This document shows, piece after piece, positions 10,814 to 24,988 of a DNA stretch of 64,000 bases. Position 1 is the first letter of the stretch, and each line of letters starts with the position of its first letter. The DNA is from Octopus sinensis (taxonomy: Eukaryota). Under the pieces are notes generated by a model. That model ran no database searches. It worked only from the letters and a program-made list of their open reading frames with translations, and was not told where the DNA came from. The stretch spans positions 108,252,001 through 108,316,000 of the forward strand of contig NC_042998.1 of the NCBI RefSeq assembly GCF_006345805.1, given 5' to 3'. The position numbers and the translations under genes are program-made.

Positions 10814-11146
10814 GAGGTATACTTGCCATCACAATATGGCTAACCACTAAGGGTGGGTGTTACTGTAGCTTGTAGCCCCAGGAGAACATCGTCTCCAGCT
10901 GGCTTTAGGCACACTTTCTGTGCCCTTGTGGTATTTGCAAAGGGAGGTCATCCCTCCCTCGTAAACCTAAGCGATGCGCACGGACTGCAGGTTGACGAGG
11001 GAGGGATGACCTCCCTTTGCAAATACCATAAGGGCACAGAAAGTGTGCCTAAAGCCAGTTGGAGACGATGTTCTCCTGGGGCTACAAGCTACATTAACAC
11101 CCACCTTTAGTGTTTAGCCATATTGTGATGGCAAGTATACCTCACA
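10811..11146. mobile_element. Fold-back (palindromic) MITE-like element, 336 bp
   Basis: 158-bp arms (10811-10968 and 10989-11146) with ~6 mismatches and a 20-nt loop. ATT directly flanks both ends if the termini are read as GTGAGG...CCTCAC. Confidence 0.9.
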
Positions 11147-11207
11147 TTGTCTTGCAGTTACTGTTTATACCTCGTTTAGAGGTTTATTATTGCTATATAT
11201 CTATTAC

Positions 11208-11945
<738 letters not shown>

Positions 11946-12122
11946 TTTATATAAATTAATGTTAAAATAGTTCTTTACCTTCACCCATTTAATACAATAA
12001 GTTAGTTTATTGCATTGCAATTAAAAACACTTGTGTATTAAGAATTTGGGTATTATACCAACAGTATATTGGATAAGTATTATCCCTTAGTGGGTTGGAT
12101 CCACAACCCCCTAACTTACTTG

Positions 12123-12216
<94 letters not shown>

Positions 12217-13507
12217 ATATATATTTATTTATACACATATCTTTTTTAGTGGACATACATTCAGCCTCACATGGTAAATAGGCCATATGGCTAAAACACG
12301 GGGCTTCCTCTGTAGAGTGTCTACTATTATGTTGAGCAAACAACTGGAAAATTCAGTCTTACTTCACAGTGCACTGCACATCTTAATTTATATAAAACAG
12401 ACGAATATTTGGTAGTTTTGTCTCTGAAATTACCCAGTATTATATCTGAAAAGTTATGAAATTAGCTAGCGCTATGACAACAATATTTATATGGATGAAA
12501 TAGAAAGGAATAGAGGAATCTCGGATATATCATACAGAGTAGATAGCAGATATGCATATATAATCTTTAATCCAGGACATAATATTATGCTTCGGTGCGT
12601 AGATGAATGCTTGTCACTCGCCGTGAAATGGAAAACCGAATATCGTCGGCAATGTACACACGCACACACACACATACGCGCGCGCACACATACACAGTCA
12701 CACGCGCGCACACATACACAGTCACACGCGCGCACACACAAATATATATGTCCGTATGCACGTGTATGTATATATGTATGAGTATGCTTCAGTATATCTG
12801 TCTGTATGTATGTATGTAGACACACGTATATATAGAGACACACGCAGGTTCAAATACAGTTTTGATTACATACATTAATACATGTGTATATACACACATC
12901 CACACACTTATACATACGTGCATACACACTCCCATACACATACAGATATTGCATGCGACACGTGCTTATCATCAATATATTTATATATAGACACGCAGAC
13001 GCTGCACACACACATACACATGCACATGTACATGTGAGTGTGTGCAAGAGCGTTAATGTGTGTGTGTGCGTGCGTGTGTGTACGCGTGCGTGCACGCGTG
13101 TGTGCGTGCGTGTGTGTGTGTGTGTGTGCGTGCGTGTGTGTGTGTGTGTGGCTTGGGTGTTGAGGTGGCTGGGTAAATTTAAATTACGATCTAATTTAAA
13201 TACATGGATGAGCCATATCTGAAATTATCAGCTGCATCAATTTCATTAGCCTGGAATAAAATAAAAAGTAAAAATTAATAAAAAAAAATCGAAATCTGTC
13301 TTCTTCATATTTCTACAAAAGAATGAGCTTCTACGTGGTCGGTTGCCTTTTTGCAAATAGCAGCTAAATTGTCTGCAAATTAGACAGTACCATTTAAAAG
13401 AAGTAAACATTGAACAGCGCTTTATGCGGTACGCTTTGACTAAAAAAATGTCAAGATGGTAATGATTGGAACATCTTTGGTTATAGACGTGGTCGTGCAC
13501 ACACAAC

Positions 13508-13592
<85 letters not shown>
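13508..13592. repeat. (CA)n microsatellite (others at ~35530-35603, 43060-43106, 47775-47880, 52038-52145)
   Basis: Direct reading. Confidence 0.97.
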
Positions 13593-13595
<3 letters not shown>

Positions 13596-14699
13596 GGCAT
13601 ATACGCAGACACACGTTAGTGAACCTAACACGCCACCTACTTCAACACCAATACCTCGAAGGAACATAGAATATTCTATGTGGTTGATTGTGCTAATAGA
13701 ATTGGCAATCAAATTTCCTCCGGTGTTCTCCCTGCCATCTTAAAAATTGATCAACTTACTAGATCCGTTAGTTCTGAATATGATATACCAAAACCAAAGA
13801 CATGTTGGTTGCAGATTGAAAGCAGAAATGGTCTTACACATAAAGAAAATTTGAAATAGACAATCCTACAAATAAATTTGAAAATCTATAAAAATAAATA
13901 TGTTCAACAGTATAATTCCTGTCTCTCAGTGAGAAGCTATTAAACATTATCATTTACAAAAACTTCGTGAAGTTACAGTATAAATTACAAGCGATAAGAG
14001 CAGCAATAACAGAAAAGGAAACCGGATTTACTGGTATTATCTCCCTTCACCGACGTCGCTTTCGGCTGAGAATACATTAAAGTATACAAACCGTTTGCTC
14101 ATAAACATAACACTAACAAATTAGATATTCATACTACAATATAAATCTAACGTCCTTAGAGACTTACTCATGATGCTAAAAGTATGTGTATCATAAAACT
14201 GACACTGTGATAGATCGGGAATGATATGGTACTCACAATGCAGAACTCTTCAGGTTAAGCCACAGCGGAGGTCTCATAATATACACAAAATCTTAAATCC
14301 AGTTTATGCCTATAATAACACTTCAACATCTCATGTCCATAATAACACATCATATGCAATATGAAACCCACCAATATGAAACACGTATGCTCACATACTT
14401 TCGCACATACGAGTGCACACAGGTGTAGACACACACACGAGTGCACACATGCGTAGACACACGCGAGCTCACACACGCGTAGATACATACCCAAATATGC
14501 ACACATAAATACCGAACTCGCCAACCGTTGCACCAAATTCTATACCTCAGCTACGATATCTCAACATCCTCTTAAATGCCATTATTGAGGAAATAGCGCA
14601 TCGATGCACACGTCTTGGCACAACATAACAAGGGGTGACACAATAACATCATAACTAAATCCCCTGTACATCATAATTTTATACTCAAGCAAGCTAACT

Positions 14700-15597
14700 A
14701 CATTTCCTCTCCAGACAGCAATGTCAAATTATACCTAACTCTCCACTGACCGCAGACCTATCGTCATCTAAATCCAGGAAAATCAAAGGCTAGTGCAAAA
14801 ACAATTTAGTCTGTCTATGTGTTGTACAAAAATCACGCTTCTTGAATTTGTAATTCCCAAATGAAGTACGACAAGAGTTGTCCTCTCAAGTGCTTGTTTT
14901 ATTTTTTAGCCTATATCTATCTCTTCATCCCTCCCCTTTGTCATTTACATGCAACCGAGGCATCTCGTGTCAAACCTCTGCTGATTGCATGAACAGAGAC
15001 CTACAAAACATCTTCCAATGTGACTATGCCGAAGACACAGTTACTATACATATCAAGAAAAGATTATCCTCCAGTTTTTAGCATAACAAAACTGGTCTTC
15101 TTCAAACCCAAAGAAAACTGACCCTTTAAAAAGTCCGGGTGATATCCATACTAGAGTACTTTTCTAGTGCATGATGTGCATGATGTGCATGATGCTGGTG
15201 CTAGACGTCTCAGCTATACCAAATGAATTCAGTCTGTTTGGCATGAAGTTATTCAACAATGCACTTCAACCTCTGCATCATAGAGCCGGATGGTCTCGTG
15301 CTGTTTCTACTTAGGTAATCTCAACTCACTCGCCTCTTCCCATCTCGTCACCCATATTGCATATCTCCCCAGGCCCCACACTAACAATGACGCTAATTTC
15401 TTTCTCTCCAAACACAGAACGTCAGCTTTCTGGAATTCCTTCTCCGTTCAAACTATTTTAAAACTGTCAACTTATAACTGTTCAAGTGGAACATTAAATC
15501 GTGTGAATTTTACTAGCCTTGGAAGGTCTGAAAAGGCTGTGAGCACGGCTCTTTTCTCTCTTCACCGAAAAACAAATAAATAAATAAATAAATAAAA
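14700..15597 (+). mobile_element. Degraded CR1/L2-group LINE 3' portion
   Basis: Remnant LPRPHTNN..FFLS...SAFWNSF...LN resembles the post-RT C-terminus of CR1/L2-group ORF2; ends in (TAAA)n at ~15575-15597. Confidence 0.5.
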
Positions 15598-16214
15598 GAC
15601 TGGACAGTGAAGCAAGTGCATGTCCTTACTGCAACATTGCACTCTATACGAATAACTGCTGCATTATAAAGTGTGCTCTATTGTCTTCAATTAAGCAGAA
15701 ATATGGTATACCTTGAACAATAATTCTATCAGTTGCATATCGTTGTTAAAATGGCTACCTATACGTCATTGGTCTACTCAGTCAGAGATGACCAAAGTTA
15801 CACAGCAAATGCAATCACGATTTGGTCCTTGGCTTCCAGTAACATAGTTCACTCTACTGCAAACAATCTTGCAAACATTGACCTAGAGATGTTTAGGTTG
15901 AGTAATGGTTAAATTATTTTACTAGTTTAGGAGAAACTGTGAAGATCACAGGCATTGTTTAATGTATCACATCAGTTAGCTGTCCGGAGCGTTAGTGGAG
16001 AGGCCAGTGACCACCAGTAACCACCAATGACCACTACAACCGTCACTAACAAACGAAAGACGCTACAGCAAATCTTCAACTCACAAGCAACCATTTTAGA
16101 AAAGGACGCATTGGAATAATGTGTTTCTGGGTACCTGAGCATAGGAAAGAGACGGGATGGTAACGTTTGGAATGTCTTGGGTCATTGGTCTATTCGATCA
16201 GATTTGACCTAGGG

Positions 16215-16333
16215 CTAATCATCCCCACCATTACCATTAACAACTATAACAATAATTGCAACTCTTTGCGTTGCTGCTGCTGCTACCACCACCAATGAAT
16301 CTTCAGCTGTTGGTGGTGGTGGTGGAGATACTG

Positions 16334-16385
<52 letters not shown>

Positions 16386-16903
16386 AGCAAGCAGTTGTAG
16401 CATTGCCTGCGGGAGTTCATAATACTTTAATAATAATTTGGGACAAGACCACACATGTTGATTTAAACGGACCAGTTTTATCAAATTTTATCGTCCCTCG
16501 TGGGTGGGGGGGGGAATTTTAACATATTGCATAAAGCGATGTAAATAAATACCGCAAGGCATCTTATCTAGTGTCCTACCGATTCTGCAATCCTCCGTGC
16601 ACTAGATATATTAATATTAGTAAAGTCATGGGAGTTAAACATCCAACATGTATCTGCCATCCAGTTTCAGTTTTCATTCAAAGCCGACTCACTTCCCATC
16701 GACGGAGCTTCCAGACAGTCACATGTCCTGCTAGAAATAACCGCCAAATGTTTCTAAAATAACATCGTATAAGTTTAAAAATTGAAGGAAGCATTGGACT
16801 ATGTAGTCTACAGTAGACAAAAATAATCGATGGTCACGATTGGAATGTATTTTATTACAATAGGTATATTATTTTAAGGCCGACCCGGCGCTAAAGCAAA
16901 TCA

Positions 16904-16938
<35 letters not shown>

Positions 16939-17474
16939 GCCTAAATACATCACTCATATACTGTACAAGATCTGCCGTCGCTACGGGCCCAATCCGCAGC
17001 GATATTAACATTTCTACAACTATACTACTGTTAGCTCTACCACAGAAGCTACCACAATCTCCGTGACCACCATGATGATCATCACAAAATTCACCACCAC
17101 CACCACCACCACCACCACCACCACCACCACCACCACCACCACCACCATCGCCACTATCATCATCACTATCACTGCTCCCGCCATCACTACTACTACTACT
17201 ACTACTACTACTACCCCCCCAATGCAAACACCACTTCCATCAGACCCCCGCGCTGTCACCAACAAAATCACCACCACCGGCGGTTGCTGGCATCACCACC
17301 ACTACCACAACTATCATCATCAATACCGCCATCGCCACTACCACCGTAATCGTTACCTTCACTTTTACCTTCAGCCATCGCCACCGCTATCTCTCTAACA
17401 GCCACCATCTCCCGGTTAGTGCCTTAGTCCTCTACAGCCACATAAATTAGTACTTGTATTGCCAGTATGAGCAT

Positions 17475-17530
<56 letters not shown>

Positions 17531-18190
17531 ATAATAATAATAATAATAATAATGATAGGAATAATAGTAATAATTGTAATACTAGTATACTAGTAGTAGC
17601 ATTAGATCTCAACACCCACCAGTTTTCACTATTTATATAAGCTGTACTGCTTGACATGACAGCACTGTCTCTATGTACCCCTAACACCTCAACACCCTTT
17701 AACACTATTACCACCGTCACCACCACCACCACCACCACCACCACCCCTATCATCATCATCATCATCATCATCATTATCACCACCAGCACTACCCACACGT
17801 CATATGACTCCAAACCACATGTTCTACTGCACGTTACACAACCAAGCAACAGACAATCACTACAACCACCGCCGAGGCAACAACCACAATCACTACCACC
17901 TGCATACAACAAGGAATAATGGTCACATGAACAATCACCATCACCTCCACTACCAGCACCAGCACCAGCATCACCGTCTCCACCATCACAACAACAACAA
18001 TCGTTAGCACCAATCTATCACTGGCATTACCATCGCCACTATCATCGCCAACATCACTACCACCACGATAGCAACAATTATCACACCACCATCACCGCTA
18101 CCACTACTACCGTCATCGTCAGTACTACTATAAAAACCACAATAAAACCCAAAAACCCACCACTACCAACGATACTACTACTACTAGAAC
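16215..18190. repeat. Compound trinucleotide microsatellite field (TAC, CAC, CAT, AAT, AAC)
   Basis: Multiple pure and interrupted triplet tracts; these are the source of the poly-V/T/L/H/G pseudo-ORFs. Confidence 0.95.
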
Positions 18191-18261
18191 AAAGGCCCGG
18201 ACATCGTTCGTTGTTTTCTTCCTGAAATCTTTGCTTCTCATCTCTCACTCTGTGTGTGTGT

Positions 18262-18292
<31 letters not shown>

Positions 18293-18419
18293 CTTCTCTC
18301 CCTCCCTTTCTCCCTCTCTCTATGTCTCATCACTTTCTCATTCTCTGACTCACATACCCTCCTCCTCTTCCCCCTACTCTCCCTCTTTCTCTCTTTCCCT
18401 CTTTCGCTGTCTCCATCTC

Positions 18420-18780
18420 TAGATGCTTCATTGTGCTCAGTCCCGTTCCACACTACCGGTCTAGCACATGTGCTGATGCAGTTGCCATGGATACGCTTAC
18501 ATTTGCTGCAACCATCCCCTCGCTTCTCCACCCATCTTTTTTTTAAAAAATAAAGCTAATAACATTTGCTATTCAACTACTACTACTACTACTACTAACT
18601 ACTACTACTACTACTTTATGTAAATGATCGTTTCCTACACAGTGCTGCCATCTACATGACCATCTGCATATTTAATATTTAGTTACCATCTCGGTTTTCT
18701 TCAGTGAAATGTCCAATCTCACATTGATCTCTTCTACTAAGATTTTCGCCACATCCTTGTTTCTTCTCTATTAATGTGTA
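18420..18780 (-). mobile_element. Degraded RTE-like LINE RT C-terminal fragment
   Basis: Minus-strand VRLDISLKKTEM resembles the RTE GL.ISLKKTE motif and is followed at plausible spacing by VDGSTV*E and KRIHGNCIST remnants. Confidence 0.45.
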
Positions 18781-19466
18781 CATACATGCATATTCATACA
18801 TATATATACATATAAATGCATACAGTAAAAAATTTATACACACACACACAGAGAAACAGAGGGAGTTATGTTGTTGAAATGCTGACTTCTCAACCTTGTA
18901 GATCCGAGTACACACCATTATACCGCTGTACGTTAGATAACTTTTACCATAGCCTCGGGTAGACCACAATTTTGTAAGTTTGATAGATGAGAGCGGTGCA
19001 GAAGTCCACAGTGTATTTGTGCGCGCGTGAGTACCTGTATGTGTATGTGCGTATATATATAATGAGGGCGTATGTTGGCTTGCCCGTCTAGCCAGCGGGT
19101 GGAATTATTCGAAAGATACAGCAATGTGAGGAAATGCATTGTAATCAGCGGTGTATAACGACATCCGATAATTCGGTCGATATAGTGACATAGTAATATA
19201 TCAGTAGGTAAATAACAAAAGTACAAATAATGCGTATTTTAAGACGCTCAAGCACTAGCATAGATCTTTTAAAGTTTTAAATTATATTTTAAAACCCGTG
19301 GCACTCATAGATACTCCTTGTGCACCTGTACGAAGCGGTGAACCAGTTGGGAGCCACTGTCTAAGAACTAAAGGCGAGTAAATACCAATGCTAATGAAAA
19401 CCTCAACATTATTAATATTTATTCCTAATTTTAGCACAAGTCCAGCAATTGGGAAGGATGTAGTGG

Positions 19467-19800
19467 AATACACCAACCCTGGTACTTTATTTTATCGACT
19501 CCGGAGGGATAAAGCAAAGTTGACCTCGGCAGTATTTGAGCTGAGAACGTAAACAGTCAGAACGGAAGATTCTGCCAACTCGCCGCGTTATCAATATTCC
19601 TTTCTACTATAGACACTTTTGGTGGGAGGGGTTTAGTGAATTAGATCAATCTCAGTGGTTGACTGGAACTTATTTTATCGATCTCAAAAGAATGAAAGGC
19701 AAAGTCGACTTCGGCGGAATTTGAACACAAAATGTAAAGACGGACCAAATGCTGCAAAGCATTTATCCGGTATGCTTACGATTATACTAGCTCGCTGTCA
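19467..19800 (-). mobile_element. Two adjacent degraded SINE family B fragments
   Basis: Two copies of the AAAG(T)CGACCTCGGCGGAATTTGAAC-like block also present at 23620-23650 and 36650-36680. Confidence 0.7.
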
Positions 19801-19974
19801 TATTAATATTAATAAGAATTATAACGCCGCTGATAATACTTAAAATCTGTTTTATATGTAAAATAATTCCTGATTCATGGTTAGATAACCTTTGTCACTA
19901 ACAATTATGATAATGCGTTGGAGGGAAACAGATCAACTGGTAAAATTAATTGCATGCCCTTAGCCCTAAAATCT

Positions 19975-20620
19975 ACCAAGAAAAGATGCCGAAAGATTAT
20001 TTGGCTTGAACTCCGTCCTTTCTCACCGAACGTTAAATCTAATACTACGAAATATGTTTTAGCTCTTGTGGATAATTTTTCTGTATAGGCTATAGATATA
20101 TCGAAAATTAAAGACTGTATCGAAAATAGATATAGATAGACCACATAAAAAATTCTATTAGAAATACTATTAGGGTAAGTTTCAGTTACACATCTAATAT
20201 CAAAATAATATATTACAAATTCTAATACTACATTGTCAAAATCGAAATTTATATAAGCTTCTATACATGAAATTGTGATATCAAATACATGCATGTGATA
20301 TCAAATTCTATTAACAAGATTATAACTAAACACTATACTAGTATAACGGAAGAAAAATTTCAGAAATGCTACCTTAATCGTAGGTTGTTCTACCAAAATG
20401 TAAAGAAGAAAACTGATACAGTGCTTCCTATTTATATATAAAAATTGAAAGACAACGATATTAACAACTATAATAAACCATATATTAGTTAATCAAAACT
20501 TGTATCTCACGCATTGTGAAGAAAATTATTTTAAATAATTTAGTGAAAGCAGCCAACTTAAATAAAGATTTGAAATGTTTACGAACTGGAGCAAAGTCTT
20601 TCACGTATGTGTTCAAATGC
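19975..20620 (+). mobile_element. Degraded Penelope-like element (GIY-YIG region)
   Basis: KKRCRKIIW..PFSPNVKSN, RNTIRVSFSY and YTSITEEKFQKCYLNRRLF...IYI*KLKDNDI remnants. Confidence 0.6.
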
Positions 20621-20699
20621 GCTGTACCAGTGCTATACCTTCGATTCTTGTATAAAACATTTTAATCTAGACATATTGAGCACTTTTGCATGATATAAC

Positions 20700-22250
20700 T
20701 ATTTAATATAAAGGAGAAACAATGTAATCCATTGCTTATTTTAATGAGATTTATGATTCTGGTTTGATTTTTCCAAGCTTTTAATGAACAGTAATTCTTC
20801 AAATTTAAACCAGCTGATGGTCCTCTCGTTTTGTTTTTATATCAGTGTAATGGGCGAAAATGTTTGTTTGTACCTGTACGTTGTTCTGGTAAAATGTCCT
20901 AATTTCTGAAAAAAGTTCACAAAATAATTGTCGCCTAAAATTAACTGCATTAACGTTATTTGAAACTGAAGGAAGCTAATCAAACCTCATTTCCACAAAT
21001 GAATATGTTTTCAATTCAAGTAGTTCCATTACTACGCTACAAGGCAATTTTCTGATTTTATGTTCATTAAATGAAAATGGGTTTATAAAAATGAATAGGC
21101 AATCTTCTTTTACAAAATCATGAACTACATTCAATTAACTCGTGTAATTACCTGATTTTTCAACATACTTTGAAAATTGCCAATATTCTCAGTACAGGCA
21201 GATAGCTCTTTTATGTGCAGAGACTGGTTCAAATCCTCATCTTCTACCTGAGAGACGATCAGTTTCTGTTTAATTATGAATGTATTAATACCATTTAAAA
21301 GCGAGAACATAATTTGTTCTTACCTTGCAGTTTGAAATTTAGATAATTAAGATAGCTAAGTATATGAATAATGAAATGCTAAATCAACATGTCACTTCTT
21401 ATCTCGTAAACAAGTCTTTCTTTGTCCGGTTCATTTTTCTTTTCTAGAAAATTATAAAAAGTATTTTTTAGTATCCAAAATCTGTGCAGAACTCATTTTC
21501 TAAAAGTCAGCGCACCTTACAACCGAGGACAAGATCGCCATATTCCAAATATATTTTACAATATTCTTTAGATTTCCCTCTGTTTAATACATTTTTCTAA
21601 TTTTTTGTGCGCTTTTCATAAATATTTTAGTATAGACCGATATAAAAAAGTTTTGAAGCAAAGTTGTTGTTCCAATGGCTTTACCAAACGTCGAAAAACT
21701 CAGTCAGTACAATTACTGATGAGTTTACTGATAATTTCTTGTAGGTTTTCCAAGCATGACTTTATTTTGAGAAAATGTCCTGAAATTTTTGCTATACTGT
21801 GCACTGACCTAAACCCGACAAATTCTTAGACGCTAAAATCATCACCAGTCATTATTATAGAAAATGTTTTTTGTCTGAGCTGTATCAAATATGTCGGTAG
21901 ATTCTGCCTCAGCTAAAGAAAATATAAGCATGGAAAAGGGCTTTCAGTTGCTCATATCTACAACATGAGTGATGTAATTGAGACGGTTGCGTGGAACACT
22001 TCAGTGGAATACTTAATTGTTTGCTTTTGACAGCAATTTTGTCTACTTTTCTTTCGATATTTTTATCACTAAGACAATTTATAAATATCTTGAGCCAACA
22101 CCTATAAATCTCTTTTCCATAGGAGAAAGGTTTCTATTTTCTGGTTTACACTAAAATAGTTTCAGGGGAAGATTTCTACATTGCAAAATTTTGTAATATC
22201 TTTCAATAAATACGTTTTGTCTTTTTTGAGTTATTCACTTTCATTAATCA
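20700..22250 (-). mobile_element. Degraded hAT transposase remnant (Charlie/Buster-like)
   Basis: Minus-strand EYGDLVLGCKVR*L at ~21546-21505 (cf. EYGDLL.H..VRWLS), DLNQSL, and a QTFS dimerisation-domain remnant near 20860. Confidence 0.6.
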
Positions 22251-23409
22251 AGTATTACATAACTCAAACTCAAGCACTAGCTTGAGTTGTTTTCTATATT
22301 GATCTACATGGTCTAATTTTGTGTTTCGTAAAGCATATTAAGATCATGTTTCCTACTATGTGAGAAACTCTTTTCAGAAACAATGCACAGCGGTTTTCCT
22401 TCTGAACGACCTGCTATAAATAAGAACGCACTTTCCACTGTTTACTGAGTTCAGATTTACTATCAGTTTCTGCTTTCCTTTCGGCTGAAATAAAAAAATC
22501 AAAGATGAATTTTTTTTGGGGGGGGGGGGCGGAGTGCAAACCCGCAAATATTTGCAGAAGTTGAACAAAACAAAAGCATGACATAGAGGTTTCAATTGGC
22601 TTAAAAAAAGATGCGATTGACTGACGCTGGTAGCCGTCTCAGAATCCTCAAATATTAAAAATTGTTTACGGGGGAGCAATGCACCATTTCTAATCAATTC
22701 AATGTGTCACTTTTGGCTCATGTGCATAAGTTGGGCATTCCTGTTCTACGTTGTTCTAAGGAACTGAAGTAGTTTTTAATCCTTCTGGTAGGATGTCAAT
22801 AAATTGAGTTATAGTAAGGTACTGGTGTATTCCATCGACATTTGTTATTCTGTGTCAATATGTAAAATAAATATGGTTGGCTGGTGGATGTATTCTCAAA
22901 TAAATCGTTAACTACATTAAGTACTGAAATGCAATACAATACGACAGATAATTTGCATAAGCAGAGTAGTAAAGATTTAAAGACGAGCCAGCATTATACA
23001 TTGTATAATTAACTAGGTGTCCGGTTGGTGAAAAGTTTGGACTTGTATCTTGATAATTCACATCGTAGGTTTTCCCATCATTATAAGATGGAATATATCA
23101 GTGACAAATGTCGGGAAGGAAGATCAATTTTGTCTTTGTTAACATTGGACACCAACAACATCGAATTTTCGATTAATTACAATAATCTTTCAGAGTGAAC
23201 ATTAGCTACCTAATAGTAGAAAACTGTAGCCAGAGCTTCCAAAATAGCAGCTGCAGTAACAACTGTTGCAACAGCAAGAATAAAAGCAACAACAACGACA
23301 GCAACTACATGAGCGACAACAACGGCGATAAAACCACTACCACCACCAACGCCACCGACAGAAACAACCACAATAATCCATTCTAGGCAAAAGGCCTGAA
23401 ATTTGATGG

Positions 23410-23718
23410 GAGGGGGCCAGTCGATTAGGATGAAAGCAGAGTTGACCTCGGCGGAATTTGAACTCAGAACGTAAAGACAGACGAAATACCTATTTCTCTA
23501 CTATTCACAAGGGGCTAAACACAGAAGGGACAAGCAAGGACAGACAAACGGATTAAGTCGATTATATCGACCTCAGTGAGTAACTGGTACTTATTTAATC
23601 GGCCCCGAAAGGATGAAAGGCAAAGTCGACCTCGGCGGAATTTGAACTCAGAACGTAGCGGCAGACGAAATACCGCTAAGCATTTCACCCGGCGTGCTAA
23701 CTATTCTGCTCGCCGCCT
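23410..23718 (-). mobile_element. Full SINE family B copy (23491-23718) abutting an internal piece of a second copy
   Basis: Minus-strand head with A-box-like GCAGAATAGTTAGC and B-box GAGTTCAAATTCC; tail ends ...GAGAAATA and runs directly into GGTATTTCGTC of another copy. Confidence 0.85.
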
Positions 23719-24209
23719 TAGAAACAACCACAATAATGGCAAAACATCAGTAGTAATAACAAAAACAGCAATAATGAGTAAACAATAATGGGTAAACATG
23801 GCATTTTAGAAGTAGCGGCGCAATCGTTCGAATCATACAATATCGAGTTAAAAAAACAAGGAAACATTGGATAACTAGTCTCTGACGCATGAACAAAAAG
23901 AATGGTGATAAACGGAACGCAATTTATCATTCAGAACCAGTTTGGGGATAAACAACAACAACTGCAGCAGCAGCAGCAACAACAATAAAAACAACAACAA
24001 CTATAGTAGCATTAACAAGTGCGGTAACGGCAGCAACACTACCTCAACGTTAATAGTAACAACAAAGATGAAAGCAACAGTAGCAATAATTATAGCAATA
24101 TGCATGTGCTAAACACAACCGTAACAAATTCATAGCTATTTTAATAAGGAAGGCAAGGTTTACGATATCGTAGGAATATCGTCTCCTTCCATCATCTTCT
24201 TGTTCTTTA

Positions 24210-24988
24210 AGTAGTTCGGGCTTCCGGCAGATGAAGAGAAAAAAACTGCTATTTACAACTGGTTTATTTACAGGAAAGGTGAAGTGTGCTGCTCTCAGCT
24301 ACCATCTTAAGCTCCGATAATGCGGGTGCAAATTGCCTCTGAAGATAGACAGGCAGAAAGCCTCAGCCAGTGGTAGTGTTCAGCCAGTGCTGCTGTGAAG
24401 GTGGGGCCAAAAGAGACAGGTCTCAATCGGTTTCCTATTTATATAGTTTCCATCGCGAGCCTCGTTGTGATCTCGTGCATGGCAAATCGATGCAGGGGAG
24501 CTCTCGCTCCAGTCTCGGAGATGGCAATGGCTGCCGTGAGATCTCATCCAATATGGCGCTGGCTGCTTGTGCCGCTACAAAGGCTCCCCCTTGAATGCGG
24601 AAGTACGAAAACAGAATAACTGGAGCAGGCACAAGAAAGAGCAAAGATAGCAACTGATCGCAACCAACAAGATATGGTACAAAAATGTGACAAGTCAAAT
24701 AGAAAAATAACTGCAAGAAATATAAATTGGCATGCACAAAATTTGACAAAATGTTCAATGGCAAAGTACTAGAACTGTCCAGTAACAAAAGAAAGTAATT
24801 GTCTGTCACAGGAAACACAGAAGAGATTGTCAGAGTTGGTTTCCCGTTTATATAGTTTCCATCGCGAGCCTCGCTGTGATCTCACGCATGGCAAATGGAT
24901 GCAGGTGAGGTCTCGCTTCAGTCTCGGAGATGGCAATGGCTGCCACAAGATCTCATCTAACATGGCGCTAGCTGCTTGTACCGCTACA
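24210..24988 (-). mobile_element. Internally deleted LTR element remnant
   Basis: Two 151-bp repeats (24429-24579 and 24838-24988, 16 mismatches) both start TGTAGCGG on the minus strand. TATATAAATA at 24445-24436, AATAAA at 24268-24263, and PPT-like AAGGGGGAG just upstream of the 24579 copy. Left boundary uncertain; no TSD found. Confidence 0.6.

Noticed and set aside
16215-18010. Poly-Thr/Val/Leu/His/Gly ORFs resembling mucins or signal peptides
   Set aside because: They are translations of stop-free trinucleotide repeats, open on both strands, with no splice or codon evidence.
18685-18775. Ankyrin-like exon candidate (RRNKDVAKILVEEINVRLDISLKKTEM) with AG/GT edges
   Set aside because: ISLKKTE plus the downstream remnants fit an RTE reverse transcriptase better, and no further ankyrin exons were seen.
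21222-21240. B-box-like GGTTCAAATCC suggesting a tRNA gene
   Set aside because: No A box or cloverleaf; it lies inside the hAT remnant.
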